From Dictyostelium discoideum (taxonomy: Eukaryota): a stretch of 64,000 nucleotides of DNA. The stretch covers positions 4,416,001-4,480,000 of the forward strand of contig CM000153.2 in assembly GCA_000004695.1 (NCBI GenBank). The letters are read 5' to 3'. Positions 1 to 13,766 of this stretch are shown here, in pieces (position 1 is the first letter of the stretch; each line of letters opens with the position of its first letter). A program made the translations under genes and the position numbers. Below the pieces are notes generated by a model. It saw nothing but the letters and a program-made list of their open reading frames with translations, did no database searches and had not been told where the DNA came from.

Positions 1-1683
1 TCTTTTTATCTTCTTTTGGATCACCCTTTAATTTGGAGTTCATTGCACCAACTCTTGGTTTGAGACCACCACCACTCATTGCACCACTAGTGTCAATGAG
101 TGAACCATCCAAAGTTACAACACGATGTCTTTTTGCTCCATAGGCTATTTTGGTTGCTTCATCCAAAGTATCAGCAACCAAAGTATGACCAACTGCAGTG
201 AAAAAGGCGGTTGCATACTTTTTTTCATCTTTCATCTTTATTAAATCAAATAGACGTGGTGTATTATTTGGTGTTTGAACTGGACCAAGATTTTGACGTT
301 GATATTCTAAATTCTCCAAGATCATAAATGTAGCTCTACCTAAATTCTCCTTACGTAATAGTTCAACACATGCTTCGGCGGCTGCTGTTGTCTCTACAAT
401 GATATTATCCATTTGTGAGAAGGCAGCAGTAGAGATGGCAACATCATACTTTTGATCGATTGCACCCAAATCACCCAATCTACCATGAATACCACTAATT
501 TGACCACTTTCTTTAATCTTTAATAAACGATCCAATATAGTGTTTCTTGAACTATTTTCAGAGAGATTGGTCTTAATTTGTTCCAATTGTCTCTTGGCAT
601 CCATTGTATTTCTATAGAGATTCTCTTCGGTGACTTTACCACTTGCAAGTCTTTTCTCAAGATCCACTATAATTGCTTTAACCGATTCCAACTCCTTCTT
701 TGATTTGGTGATATTATTCTTACGAGTGGATGAAATGGTTTTGGCATCCTCTAGTGCTTTGATTGCATCATCTAAATTTTGAGTTGCACCATTGAAATCT
801 TTAGAGAGTACAGCCAATTCAGAGGTTTTCAAATCAACTACTGCCTTTGCTTCACTATGCTTTTTACTCCATGGAAGTAATTGTTTTTGTTTTTCCTCCA
901 TTTCACGTTGTAATTCTGTAACTTCACCCTTGAGTGAATTTAACATTGATTCTAATTTCTTCTCTTCAACAATCAATTCCTTTGGTAGTTCGACATACTC
1001 TTTCTCGAATCTAACTATATCTTGTTTATGAATGATAGTTGATCTTTCAAATTCCGCTTGTTTCTTTGTTTCCTCTTCGATGACACTATTGTTTTTTTTG
1101 ACTTTAGTTTTCAAATGTTTAGTTTCTTCCTTATATTTAACACCTTTCTTTTCAGTGGTTAAGAGTTCATTCTTACATTTTGCCATTTGTTTATTCAATT
1201 CATCCAATTGTTTATTCTGTTGTTTAAGATTCTTTTCAAATTCCAATAGTTTATCATTCGATGCTTTTTGAGTGACCAACTCTTGTTCCAATTGTTTCTC
1301 AACCATCTCTTGTTTGGCTGCAATTTCATTCTTTTCACGCTCTGGTTTGCTTCTACCAATTTGATAGTGTATCGATTTACAATGAATTAACTTTAACTCT
1401 TTATCAATGTACTCCAATGCATTATCACGTTCTTGTTGAAGCGCATCTTTTTCTTTTTCAACCACTTTCATACGATTATTTGATGAAGTTCTTTTATCAC
1501 CAATATCTTCTATCAATTTACTAGTTGCTTCAATATCTGGTAAATACTTTTTACTACCAATAATATCTTCTAAATATTCTAATAAACCTTCTTCACCTGG
1601 ATGTACACCTTTTGGTTTCATCATTGCAATTTGTTCAACTTCACCCTATTTTTTAAAAAATTAATAATTATTAATTATTATTA

Positions 1684-1746
<63 letters not shown>

Positions 1747-2910
1747 TAATATTTATTGATTTGAGGGGAACTAAAACTTACTTGTAAAATTAAAAATCTA
1801 TTATTATCTAAATCAATACCTTTATCTTTTAAAATTGTTTTTAAATCATCTAATTTTACAACTTTATCATTTAAATAATATTTTGAAACACCATCTTTAT
1901 TATTACCTGTTTTTTGTGCTGTACGTGTTACCACAAACTCTGAACCTTTAACAACTTCATAATTATCTTCTCCTGGCTAAATAAATAAATTAATTAATTA
2001 ATTAATTAATTAGTTTTTATTTATTTATTTATTTTTATTTATTTTTATACATACTAAATCTATAATCTCTTGAAAATGAACAGAAACTCTACCATTTGTT
2101 AAGTTTTTATGATTTTCAGAATTATGAATTAATTCTGATATTTTATTTAATCTAATTTGTTTTGCTCTATAACCAAATACAAATAACATTGCATCGATAA
2201 CATTTGATTTACCACTACCATTAGGACCAACTACTGAACTAAAACACTGTGTATTATTTGAAAAAAATAAAATTAAAAATAAAGTAAATATATATGTATA
2301 TATAAAATACATAAATAGAATATATATATTTAAATGCGAGAAATGATTATTTGAATTATATTACCTTATGAAATGGTCCAACCTCTTGGGCACCTGCATA
2401 TGATTTAAAATTCTCCATAACCATTTTAGTAATCATTAATCTTTTCTCAATTCCATTATTACTAGATACTGGTGTCTTTTGTGATGTTTGTGATGTTTGT
2501 GATGATTGTAATGGGGGTGTATTCTTTGGTTGTTGTGTTTGTGATATATTCTTTGGTTGTTGTTGTTGAGATGATTGTGATGATTGTGATGATTGAGATG
2601 ATTGTGATGTTTGTATTGGTGGGGGCGTATTCTTTTGTGTTTGTGATTGTTGTGATGCTTTTTTTATATCTGGTGGTTGTGAGGAAGGTTTTGCTTTAGA
2701 TTGAGGTGGAGGCATTGGCTTTTTTGGTGTTTCTTCCTCTTCCTCTTCCTCTTCTTCCTCCTTTTCTTCCTCCTCTTCCTCCTCCTCTTCCTCTTCCTCT
2801 TCCTCTTCCTCTTCATCTATATCCTTCATTTCTTCATCTGAATCATTGTTTTTCTTTTTTTCTTCTTCTTCTTCAGATATTTGATCATTTATTTCTTCAT
2901 CTTCTACCAT
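1..2910 (-). CDS. smc4: Structural maintenance of chromosomes protein 4 (condensin subunit), 5' part; the gene continues past the window start. Exons (minus strand): 2910..2375, 2246..2055, 1976..1793, 1645..1.
   Basis: Hand translation gives an N-terminus with an acidic poly-E/Q tract, then ITKMVMENFKSYAG..GPFHK / CFSSVVGPNGSGKSNVIDAMLFVFGYRAKQIRLNKISELIHNS (Walker A plus the SMC4-specific YRA..LIHNS). Next exon: PGEDNYEVVKGSEFVVTRTAQKTGNNKDGVSKYYLNDK..RFLILQ. Then GEVEQIAMMKPKG... runs through the hinge region to position 1. Introns: GTAATA..ACACAG, GTATGT..TTTAG, GTAAGT..AATAG. Confidence 0.8.
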
Positions 2911-3065
2911 TTTATATTTGTTTTCGAAAAGTGAAATGAAAAAAAAATAAAAAAAATAATAAAAAAAAATAAAATAATATTTTAAAAATATCAAAAAAAA
3001 AAAAAAAAAAAAGGCGCGAAGTTTTTTATATGAATAAAAAAAAAAAATTTATTGAAAATTTGGAT

Positions 3066-3345
3066 TTAATTAACTCCATTAATTGAAGTATGAAATTGAT
3101 ACCACATATAGTTTTCATTATTATTATTACTATTATTACTATTATCATCATTATTACTATTAGTATTATTTTCATTGTTAATATGATCACTATTTTTGGA
3201 AATTGATTTTAATGAAATTTCAGTTATTTTAAAATCAAATTTATCATTTATATTTGAATTTGTAAAGTTGAAAACGGTTATTTTTGTAGATTTTTTTATT
3301 TTTAATTGGAAATCTTGTTGTGGAATAAAAAGTTGATCTCTACTA

Positions 3346-3404
<59 letters not shown>

Positions 3405-3571
3405 AATATTATTTAAACAATCAGTAATGTTATTTATTTTTTTATATATACAAATATTAGTTTTTAAAGGTCTTTGTAAAACTGAAAATGAATCTGGACT
3501 TTCAATAACTAATTTCATCATTATTTCTCTTAGTTTATTTCTATTTTCATCATGTTGAAAACCATTATTAC

Positions 3572-3613
<42 letters not shown>

Positions 3614-4031
3614 TTTTATAATCATTATATGAACCAAAATAAAATATATAAACTTCTTTTAAATTAAAAATTGAGGAACCTAATAAAACTGATACTACAA
3701 TTGGTAATTCTTCATCTTGATCTAGACAATTGAAATAAATTTCATCGATTTCTAAAAACAGTGATATTAAACTTTCTATAAATTTTTTTTTTTTAAAAGG
3801 AATTTTAATTTTATTATTATTATTATAATTATTATTATTATAATTATTATTATTATTATTTATATTTTTAAATTCTGATAATAATTGGTTGACTGGTATT
3901 GAACATTGATTCCTTGAATATAAAATATATTTTATTAATTCAATATTTAAATTTTTTATTAACTCAATATATTCCAAATTTAGTATATCACCAAATTCAA
4001 TGATTATCGGCTCATTGACTTTTTTATTCAT
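3066..4031 (-). CDS. Hypothetical Asn-rich protein (321 aa), single ORF, no recognisable domain.
   Basis: Continuous ORF with an ATG start and non-repetitive blocks (IIEFGDILNLEYIELIKNL.., LPIVVSVLLGSSIFNLKEVYIFYFGSY) between poly-N tracts. It ends 155 bp upstream of the smc4 start. Confidence 0.4.
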
Positions 4032-4446
4032 TTTTTCAATAATTGAAATTAAAAAAAAAATAAATCAAATTAAATTTTACTTTCAAAATTTGGCGCTTTT
4101 TTTTTTTTTTTTCATAAAAAAATTAAAAATTAAAAAAAAAAATTAAAAAAAAATCCCTCCAAAAAATTCACGTAAAAATTTGGTTGAAAAATTCATGTGG
4201 AAATTTGGTTGAACCAAAGCTAACAACCAACCAAAACAAAATTTAATTTTAATTTTAATTTTAATTTTATTTTTAATATTAAAAAGGTAGTAATAATATT
4301 TTTAAATAATAAACAAATAAACAAATAAACAAATAAACAAATAAACAAACAAATAAATAAATAAATTAATAAATAAATTAATAAATAAATAAATTAATAA
4401 ATAAATAAATAAATAATATTTGTAAATAAATAAATAAAACAAAAAC

Positions 4447-5068
4447 ATGACGCTAAGGCTAGATACATCGCTAAAAAGGGGAGCTAGTAGGAATATACCA
4501 CCAATACCTACATTTAGTTCAGTATCGAATGAAAATTTATCCTCATCACCATATACTAGTAGTTCATACTACTCCTCAAATTGTGAAAGTTTAGATAGTA
4601 TTGGTGATATATCAATAGATTCTTCAGTTTATAGTTCTAGTGAAATTGAATTTGTTGGAAATGGTGATAAAAAAAAAAACTTTATTAATAACAATAATAA
4701 TAATAATGGTAATAAATATGATTTTTCCAATTTATTAGAAACTCCAAAATTAAAATTTTCACCATCAACTGGAAGAACCAAAAATAATAATAATAATAAT
4801 AATAATAATATTAATAATAATAATTATAAAAAGAATGATAACCAAAAGAAAAATTTTAAATATATAGAAGATAATGAAAGTGATTACCTTGATGATGAAA
4901 ATGATGAGGAAAATGTTGATATTGATCTATCGATTTTAAATGTAAATTTTAAAATTATAAATGAAAACAATAGCCAAAATAATAATAATAATAAATATCA
5001 AATTAATAATAATATGCAAAAAACGGGTGGTAGGAATGGTAGTGTTTTCTTTGTCAATAATAACAACA

Positions 5069-5159
<91 letters not shown>

Positions 5160-6136
5160 CAATAGTAATAATAAAAATAATTTTAAAAATAACAATACTA
5201 GTTACACTCACAATAGTAATAAAAATAATAATGAAAATAAGAATACATTCGCAATTAAACAACAACTTGTATCAACACCTAAAAATAAATTAAGTCAAAC
5301 CTATAGAGAAAAAGTAATATTAGAACATTTAAATATTTTAATTGAATCCAATAAAGCATGTAATTTTCCGAAATTAATTAATTGGTATAAAGCAGCACCT
5401 ACTTCAAATCTTAGTAATGTAAATAATAATAATAGTAATAATAATAATAATAATAGTAATAATAATATCACCAATTCTAGATATGGTAGTAATTATGAAG
5501 ATATTTATGATGATAATTATTATGATGAAGTTGATGATTATGATAGTGGTAAAGAAGAGGAAGAATCAACAAAAACAATTACAAAAACAATTACAACGAC
5601 AACAGCATCAATAAAACCAAATATTCAATATATGCATTTAATATTAGAGTATGCAAATATGGGTACTCTTAAAGAGTATGGAAAAGATAATAATTTTGAA
5701 TTCACAATTTCACAAATGAAATCATTACTATTTCAAGTTATTTATTCTTTAGCAATCTCTCAAAAAGAGTTTGAATTTGTTCATAATGATTTACATTTTG
5801 GTAATGTCCTATTAACCTCATTCCCCGTCGATAAGAAATATATAGTTTATCAAGATAAATTGGATAATGGTGAATTTAACAATTGGATAGTTGGTGGTGA
5901 TTTCATTGTGAAAATATCGGATTTTGGTCTAAGTAGAATAAAACTTCCTTCAAATGAAATCATTTACAATCAAAGGAATGATAGATCTAAAGAGTTTTGT
6001 TTCTATTCTGATTTATACAGTTTCAGTAGTCTATTAAATAAAATTAAAATTAAAGAATCACCATCATCATCATCAACTACTTCTACATCCACTTCTCAAG
6101 TTCTAATCAAATCTGATAGTGATTCATCATCATCAG

Positions 6137-6190
<54 letters not shown>

Positions 6191-7342
6191 TGCCAAAATC
6201 TAAAAATAAATCAAATAGGTCTAAAGACAATCAATCAAAATTAGATCCTGAAAAAAGGTTACTCACAAAGTTAAAGAAATCAATGAAAGATTTACCACCC
6301 TATAAATTATTGGATCATCCTTTCTTTGATTCATTAAAAGTTTGTCCAAATGATTGTTTACCTTTAAATTCAATTAGAATTTCAACCAATGGTATAGTTC
6401 CTAAAGAATTCCCAAAACCTCTATCACCTATTTTTGAAAAGAATAATATAATAAGTATACCATCATCACCAATATCAACTACCACTACTACTTTCCCCAC
6501 CACACCCACAATAAAGTCAACAACGAAAAAAATATCGAAAACAATAGTGATACCATCTTCACCAAGTTTAGCTTTACCACCAAATTTAAGTGTTAAATCT
6601 CCATTTGCACCACCAAGTAAAAAACAATTACAACAATATCAGCAACAACAAAAACAACAAACAATATCAATGTTTAAATATGATGATGAAGAAGAAAAGG
6701 AAGAAGAGGAAAAAGAAAAAGAAAAAGAAAAAGAAAAAGAAAAAGAAAAAGAAGAAGAAGGAGAAGAAGGAAATATACCAAAAGAAAAATTAATATTAAA
6801 AATGACACCAAAGCCATATATATTTATTCATCATTTCTCACCAAATTCACTTGGGCCTCTATCGCCACCTTCATCAACATCTTCCACACTGCTTGGAGCA
6901 TTATCACAAGAAAAGTTTGAAAAAAAACAAAGACAAATCCAAGATTCTGAAAAGGTCAACAAAAATGAGGAAGAAAATCAAACAAAAGATGATGCTGATA
7001 ACATTTCACCTCCTTTGCCTCATGCAATAAAGAAAAGTATTTACAATAATAAAAACAATCACCAAAAAATTTCAACTAATACAATCATTAAAACTCCAAT
7101 TAAAGCTCCAATTAAAACAATAACTCAAATACCAACCGAGACACCAAATAAAATACCAAATAAAACAATCTCTCAATCAAATCCGGTGATCATAAGAGAT
7201 GAAACACCTCAAAAAGGTATTCCTTTTGAAAAAAAGGTAGTTTCAACTCCATTGATATACAAAGAACGACCACATTTCGTATTTTTAAAAAAAGCAAAAC
7301 TTTCATCAAATAGCAACAACAAAGAAAATATAATCAACTTTC

Positions 7343-7427
<85 letters not shown>

Positions 7428-8112
7428 AGATTCATACAATGAAAAAGGAAATGCAACTTCTTATTGCAATGGCGATGATGATGACGATGACTTTAAAATT
7501 GATCACAAAGAGAACGTAGTTAGTGGTTTTTTAATAGAAAAAGATCATGAGTTTATTGGTGATAAAGAAAATAGTAAAGAGAAGCAAAAGGTCTCTAAAC
7601 GAGTTCAAGATAAAGCCTGGCAAGAACTCAATGCATTTCTTCGTAAAAATCCAACTCAAGGTGTTAGTAGAATAAAATCAACCGATTATCCAGCTTTAAG
7701 CGACCTTTTTCCCAAAAAAAAAAGATGTTCAGAAAATAATTTTGTATTTGAAAAAGAAAAAAAACAAGAAAAAGAAAACAAAGAAAAAGAAAACAAAGAA
7801 AAAGAAAAGAAACAATTAGAAAAACAAAAACAGTTGGAAAGAGAAAAATTGGAAAAAGATAGATTAGAAAAAGATAGATTAGAAAAAGAACAACAAGAAA
7901 AAGATTGTTTGGAAAGAGAGAAATTTTTGGAAAATGAGAGATTAGAAAAAGAACAAGAAAGAGAGAAATTGGAAAAAGAAATTAAAATACTCGTTGTTTC
8001 AAAAAAAAATCGTACAAACCCTTTACAAAAAGATTATGATCGCTATATAAAAAAAGTTGGTTCGTCTCTCACTGAAAAAAGAGCATCAAAACCTATGAAC
8101 GACAACATTTAA
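4447..8112 (+). CDS. Haspin-like atypical Ser/Thr protein kinase (1221 aa) with large low-complexity insertions.
   Basis: Gly-loop-like QKTGGRNGSVFFV, then a poly-N insert, then FAIK. Catalytic loop FVHNDLHFGNVLL (haspin HRDLHWGNVLL type). KISDFGLSR (DFG) and LLDHPFF at the lobe end. The long S/N/EK-rich C-terminal tail is coding only in this frame. Confidence 0.55.
5050..5158. repeat. (AAT)n microsatellite of about 105 nt, encoding poly-Asn inside the kinase gene.
   Basis: Uninterrupted aat repeats are visible in the sequence. The antisense and alternate-frame ORFs at 4936..5265 and 4998..5195 are repeat artefacts. Confidence 0.9.
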
Positions 8113-8728
8113 AAAAAATAAAATAAAAAAATAAAAATAAAATAAAAATAATATAAAATAATATAAAATAAAACACTGTAAAACAAAAAGATTGTTTAAA
8201 AAAAAAAAATAAAAAATAAAATAAAAAAAGATTTTATTTGTTTAAATAAAATGTTTTTACTATCAAAGAGTGCTTTTTCATTTAATGAATCAATGCCAAA
8301 AGGATTCAATATTACATTCCATATTTACCACAAGGTCCAAGAACTTTTAAAATTACAGCCTATAATGAATTCATACCACAAATTGATTCAGTTATTAGAT
8401 ATTCAGATTATTTCATTATCAATGGTAATACTTTGAGTATAATAGTTTTAAAAATAATAAAATAATAATGATAATAATAATTATAAATGTATAAATTAAA
8501 AATTGTATCAGAAAAGATTTAAATAGATCCTTTTAAAAATAATATTGAACGAATAAACAAAAATATATTTCATTTGTAATTTTTATCACCATTATTATTA
8601 TTATTTTTATTTTTTCAATTTTTTACCAATACCTCTCTTTTCTTTTTTGAATAAATTATAGTATTATTCCGAATGCAGGGAATTTATTTAATGGGAATGG
8701 AAAATTTCCTTTTTCAGATTTATTGTGA

Positions 8729-9005
8729 CTATTAGTTGTAATTAATGATAATCAATTAGCAGGTGAATTGAATGATGATTGGTGTAAGGTTGATTTTAAT
8801 ATTAGAAATAATTATATTGGTGGTAAAGCACAATCATGTGTAGTTTGTCATTACCTTTTATATAATAATAGATATATTTTAGAAGGTAATAGATTCACAA
8901 TCCAATTTGGAAGATTGTACAACTATTGAACTTAGTTTATCATATGATAATGATAATGACACTATGTTTTTGTATGGTAGATATCTAGGTTTTCAAGTTA
9001 GTTAA
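8729..9005 (+). pseudogene. Coding-like remnant in two adjacent frames (about 67 aa plus about 29 aa) with no start codon and no consistent splice path.
   Basis: The local AT content drops. Frame A reads LLVVINDNQLAGELNDDWCKVDFNIRNNYIGGKAQSCVVCHYLLYNNRYILEGNRFTIQFGRLYNY then stop. Frame +1 continues ..TIELSLSYDNDNDTMFLYGRYLGFQVS. No in-phase acceptor joins it to the upstream ATG ORF 8251..8436. Confidence 0.2.
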
Positions 9006-9234
9006 TTCTAATTTAATAAAAAATTTGGGGTTTCAAATATAATATCAAAAATAAATTAAAAATTGGGTTGGTGGATATTTCTCATAAATTCAAAGAATAA
9101 AATTCAAACTAGTTTCAAAATAAAAAATTAAAAAAAAAACATTTTTTCATTTTTTTTTTTTTTTTTTTTTATTCATATCAAATTATATATATAAATACAT
9201 ACACTCCAAATAATAATAAATAAACAATAAAAAA

Positions 9235-10170
9235 ATGGATGATAAATTATTTTTTAAAGTATTTAGGAATATTTATTTGCAAAAAGAGATATTTAAACAT
9301 TTAGAATATTATAGGTTGGTTTTTTTATTTAGTTCAACATCAAGATTTAAATTTAATGCCATTACAATTAGTAATTATGAATATAGAGAATATTTATCAA
9401 GTATTCATATAGATAAAAAGAGTAATAATATTGGAATAAACCCATTGACAGCGTTGGAAGATATTAACCATTCAACAGGTTGTTTTATGAAACCATTACC
9501 AGTAAGTGTATCGAACAATATCATACAACCAGGACAAATACCAGAATCGGTTGAAAAGTTAACAGTTCATTCAACTGATATTATTTGTGTTGGTTCATTC
9601 TCTCAAGTAATTTCAAACACATCACCTGATAAAAACTATAATTGTAATATTAAATCAATAAATTTCACAATTCAATGTATATTCCCAAATGGTATAATCT
9701 ATGGACTAATTCCAGAATCTGTCAAAAACTTAGAGATTCATAGTAAAATAATAAATCAAAAACCAATATTCATACCAAACTCTGTGGAGAAATTATCATT
9801 CTATTGGTTCAATCAACCGATTTTACCCTCACAAATACCAGATTCTGTAAAACATTTATCATTAGGTGTTATATTTAATCAAAACCTATCAATTGATACT
9901 TTTGGTGACAATTCATTATTGGAATCAATAGAGTTTGGTTATGATTTTAATAAACCAATTCAGTTTGGTGTTTTATCTAAATTAAAAAATTTAAAAACTA
10001 TTAAATTTGGTATATCTTTCAATCAACCAATTATACCATTTTCAATACCAGAACAAGTAACTTCAATCATTTTTAGAGGAGAATATATTATTCCTTTTCC
10101 TCCAAATTCAATACCAAAATCTGTAAAACTTATTCATAATCAAGCATCATTACAATTATCATCAAAATAA
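9235..10170 (+). CDS. FNIP-repeat-containing protein (311 aa).
   Basis: Seven or more copies of the Dictyostelium FNIP repeat (FNQPIIPFSIP, IPESVEKL, IPNSVEKLSF, IPDSVKHLSL, FNKPIQFGVL). ATG start, single ORF. Confidence 0.7.
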   Translation: MDDKLFFKVFRNIYLQKEIFKHLEYYRLVFLFSSTSRFKFNAITISNYEYREYLSSIHIDKKSNNIGINPLTALEDINHSTGCFMKPLPVSVSNNIIQPGQIPESVEKLTVHSTDIICVGSFSQVISNTSPDKNYNCNIKSINFTIQCIFPNGIIYGLIPESVKNLEIHSKIINQKPIFIPNSVEKLSFYWFNQPILPSQIPDSVKHLSLGVIFNQNLSIDTFGDNSLLESIEFGYDFNKPIQFGVLSKLKNLKTIKFGISFNQPIIPFSIPEQVTSIIFRGEYIIPFPPNSIPKSVKLIHNQASLQLSSK

Positions 10171-10301
10171 TAATGATAATAATAATAATTGCTTTTTTTT
10201 TATTTAAAATACTTCAATATTAATTTAATTATTTAATTTTTTATAATAAAAAAGAATTCTTTTTTTTTTTATTTAATTAAATAATTTTTTATTTACAAAG
10301 G

Positions 10302-10345
<44 letters not shown>

Positions 10346-10367
10346 CCTATCTAAATAAAATTAAAAT

Positions 10368-12351
10368 TTAAGTATAAGTTGGATCAACATAAGAATAAAG
10401 AATTGCATCTTTGATACCATGTAACATTTGAATATTTGAATAAGAAGATTCAGAGAAAATGTTATTATAGATTTTAGTGATGAATAAAGCTTCTTGGAAA
10501 GGAGATAAAATGAAACCAAGTTTTTCATAAGTTTGAATGAGAGTTTCATTTTCATGGTCAATATTTTCTTTTAATTTATCTAATAAACCACTAAGTTGTA
10601 CAAGATGTGATTGAACTGGACTACTGATATTATTTGAGATATCGACATCGGTACTGATGGTGGTGGTAGTGGTAGTGGTGGTAGAAGTAGAGGTGGTAGT
10701 TGTGGTGGTTGAAGTAGAGGCTGCGGTTTTCTTTGATTTGGTATTACCACCATTATTAACGGTACCATTGAATACTTTACTATGGTAGTATTCTCTGATC
10801 TCTCTGTTGAGATGAGTTCTTTCTTTGATAATCTTTTTATGTCTAAGATTACTTTCTTGTCTGAGTTGTCTAACACGATTCTCTTGTTCAGGATTAATAT
10901 TTGCTTCGTTGCAAAAGTTTGACCACCATTTGGTTGGTTCCAATTGTTCATAAGGTGATGGCATATCACCAATGGGTGAACTATTTGGATCAGAATGTTG
11001 TTTCTCTGATGGATCTTCAAATGGACAAGATTGAGCAGGCGAGATTTCACCATCCAATAATGCAAGTTTGGCTTGAGTACATGGATTAACGATTTGTTTA
11101 ATTTGGTTGATGTAAAGATCTTGACGATTTTTCAAAGTGCTGTAGAATTGTTTCAAAGTTGTGGTTAAGTCATCTTGAGTGGTGATACTCATATCAACTT
11201 GTAATCTATCGACCAATACACTAATATCAGGTTCAGTTTCAACAACTGGAGTACTTGGATCAGCGCTACCATCTTGTTGTTGTTGATCGAATTGATCAAA
11301 GTCATCCTCATCTTCATCCTCACTACCGGTACAACCTGGAATATCGGATTTGTTTGGTAATTGACCACCACTCTTGAGAATATTATTTTCATGAAGTAAT
11401 TTTTTCAATATTTTTTTGGAATCATAAAGTTCTTTCTTTAATCTTTCATTCTCTTGAACGATATCATCCAATCTATCCTCGACTTCATTGACATATTGTT
11501 TCTTTCTTTGTCTGTAATTTCTACTTGCTAAATTTTGACTTGCTCTTCTTCTTGTCTTTTGTTTCTCACTTAGATGAGCCAATGTCTCTTCAAAATCATG
11601 TGGTAAAATATATGATGAAATGGGTGATTTATTTGGTAATAAATCAACCTTTGGACAAGCAGCTGTGGTTGCTGGAATATTACTAGCCTTTGAAGTACTC
11701 TTTGTTGAACTATTTTGTGTCAATTGTTGAATCATTTGTTGAATTGGTTGAATTGGTGTTATTGATGAATTTATTGTTGGTTGTTTTTGTTGTGGTTGTT
11801 GTGGTGGTTGTGGTGATTGTGGTTGAATAGTAGTTGGTTGAATAATTGGTGGTCTTTGAACAGTTTTTTGTTGTGTTTGTTGTAGTTGTTGTGGTTGTTG
11901 TTGTGGTTGTTGTTGTGGTTGTTGTGGTGATTGTTGGGGTTGTAATTGTTGTGGTGATTGTTGTGGTGATTGTTGTGGTGATTGTGGTAGTTGTGGTGAT
12001 TGTGGTTGATGTAATTGTTGTTGTTGTTGTTGTTGGATTTGTTGTTGTAATAATAGTTGTTGTTGTTGTTGTTGTTGTAATATTTTTTGTTGTTGCTGAA
12101 TTATTTGTTGATTTTGATCATGGTTTGGAGATAATTGTTGTGGAATAACTTGGTCTTGTGAAGTTGTTGGTTGTAAATAAGAAGATGGTGTTATTGGTGA
12201 ATTGGTATTACTTCCATTGTAAGCATTAAAATTTCCTCCACTATTTTGTAAGTATGTAGTTTGAGGTACAGGTGAACTTGTATTACTTCCATTATTACTA
12301 TGTTGAGATATAAAATTTGAAGCCATATTACTATTATAATTTATATTATTA

Positions 12352-12391
<40 letters not shown>

Positions 12392-13216
12392 TATTATTGA
12401 TATTATTACTATTATTTAATTGAGGAATAGAAGAAGGTATTCCAGGTGATGAAGGGATTGATAACATTGTATTTGATTGAATTGGTGTTGAATAATAGGG
12501 TGATGCAGATTCTTGTATTGGTGATATTTGTTGTTGCTGTTGTTGTTGTTGTTGTTGTATTTGTTGTTGTTGTATTTGTTGTTGTTGTAATTGTTGTTGT
12601 TGTTGTTGTAATTGTTGTTGTTGTTGTAATTGTTGTTGTTGCAATTGTTGTTGTTGTTGTTGTTGTTGAATTCCATAAAAAGAACCACCATCAACATTTG
12701 TATTTAGAGCAGATAATAACATTAAATTTTTATCTTCAGAGAAAGGTAAGTAACCCATTGGCTCGTCACCAAACATTAAGACCATTTTTTGTTGTTGTTG
12801 TTGCTCCAACTGTAATTGTAAAGCTGCTTGTTGTTGTTGAATTTGTTGTTGCTGTTGTTGTAATAATTGTTGTTGTTGTTGTAATTGTTGTTGGGTGGTT
12901 TGTTGTAATAATTGTTGTTGTTGTTGTTGTTGATAACCATTTGTAACTTTAACAATATTATTCAATGCTGAGGATGTTGCCATTAACATATTGTTATTAA
13001 TATTACCATTATTATTATTATTGTTATTGTTATTATTATTATTTACATTATTTTGACTATTTATATTTACATTATTATTGTTGTTATTATTAATATTTAC
13101 ATTATTTCCATACATATCATATGATGAAGTTTGTTGTTGGTACCCATTATTGTTATTGTAATTATTGTTATTCCCATTATTATAAGATTGTTGGAAATTA
13201 TTATTATTATTATTAA

Positions 13217-13270
<54 letters not shown>

Positions 13271-13367
13271 TATTTAAATATTGTTGCTGTTGTGGTTGTT
13301 GTTGTGGAAAAAAATTATTATTCCCATTATAAATATAGTTTCCTTGTTGAGGAATACTTTGATACAT
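10368..13367 (-). CDS. bZIP transcription factor, Gln/Asn-rich (999 aa).
   Basis: Basic region KQKTRRRASQNLASRNYRQRKKQYVNEVEDRLDDIVQENERLKKELYDSKKILKKLLHENNILK fits the N-x2-AA-x2-(C/Y)R-x-RK signature, followed by a leucine heptad zipper. Long poly-Q/N and PQ repeats. Confidence 0.7.
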
Positions 13368-13719
13368 GATGTTTATTTGAAGTATTGTATTTATATCTTA
13401 ATATTAATTTTAATTTTTTACGATTTTAAAAGTGTGATGGGCTGATTATTGGGAAGGAGGTTCAAAATTTGCAGGATATTTTTGAAAAAATTGAAAAAAA
13501 AAAAAAAAAGGAGCACGTGGACTTTTTATGTGTGCCGTAATCCAAAAACTCGAATGTTTTTTTTTTTTCTTTTTTTTTTTTTTTAAAATAAAGTTTGTGT
13601 TTTGAAATGAAAAAAAAAGAAAAATAATTAAAGTAATTTAATAATAAAAAAAAAAAATCTTATATGATTAATTATTACTATTTGTTTTATTATTATTATT
13701 ATAAAATTTAAATTATTAC

Positions 13720-13766
<47 letters not shown>

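Noticed and set aside
792-1271. Plus-strand ORFs of 79 aa each (792..1031, 1032..1271).
   Set aside because: They are antisense to the well-supported SMC4 hinge-region exon and are S/F-rich. This is ordinary antisense-frame noise.
4936-5265. Poly-I, poly-L and poly-V ORFs on both strands here and at 11846..12946, 19237..20085, 20498..20899, 21542..21906, 56647..56938 and 60388..60964.
   Set aside because: They are alternate or antisense readings of (AAT)n, (CAA)n and (GAT)n microsatellites that lie inside or next to real genes, not independent genes.
10361-10561. 66-aa minus-strand ORF overlapping the 3' end of the bZIP gene.
   Set aside because: It is out of frame with the 999-aa bZIP ORF, K/L-rich, and has no independent support.
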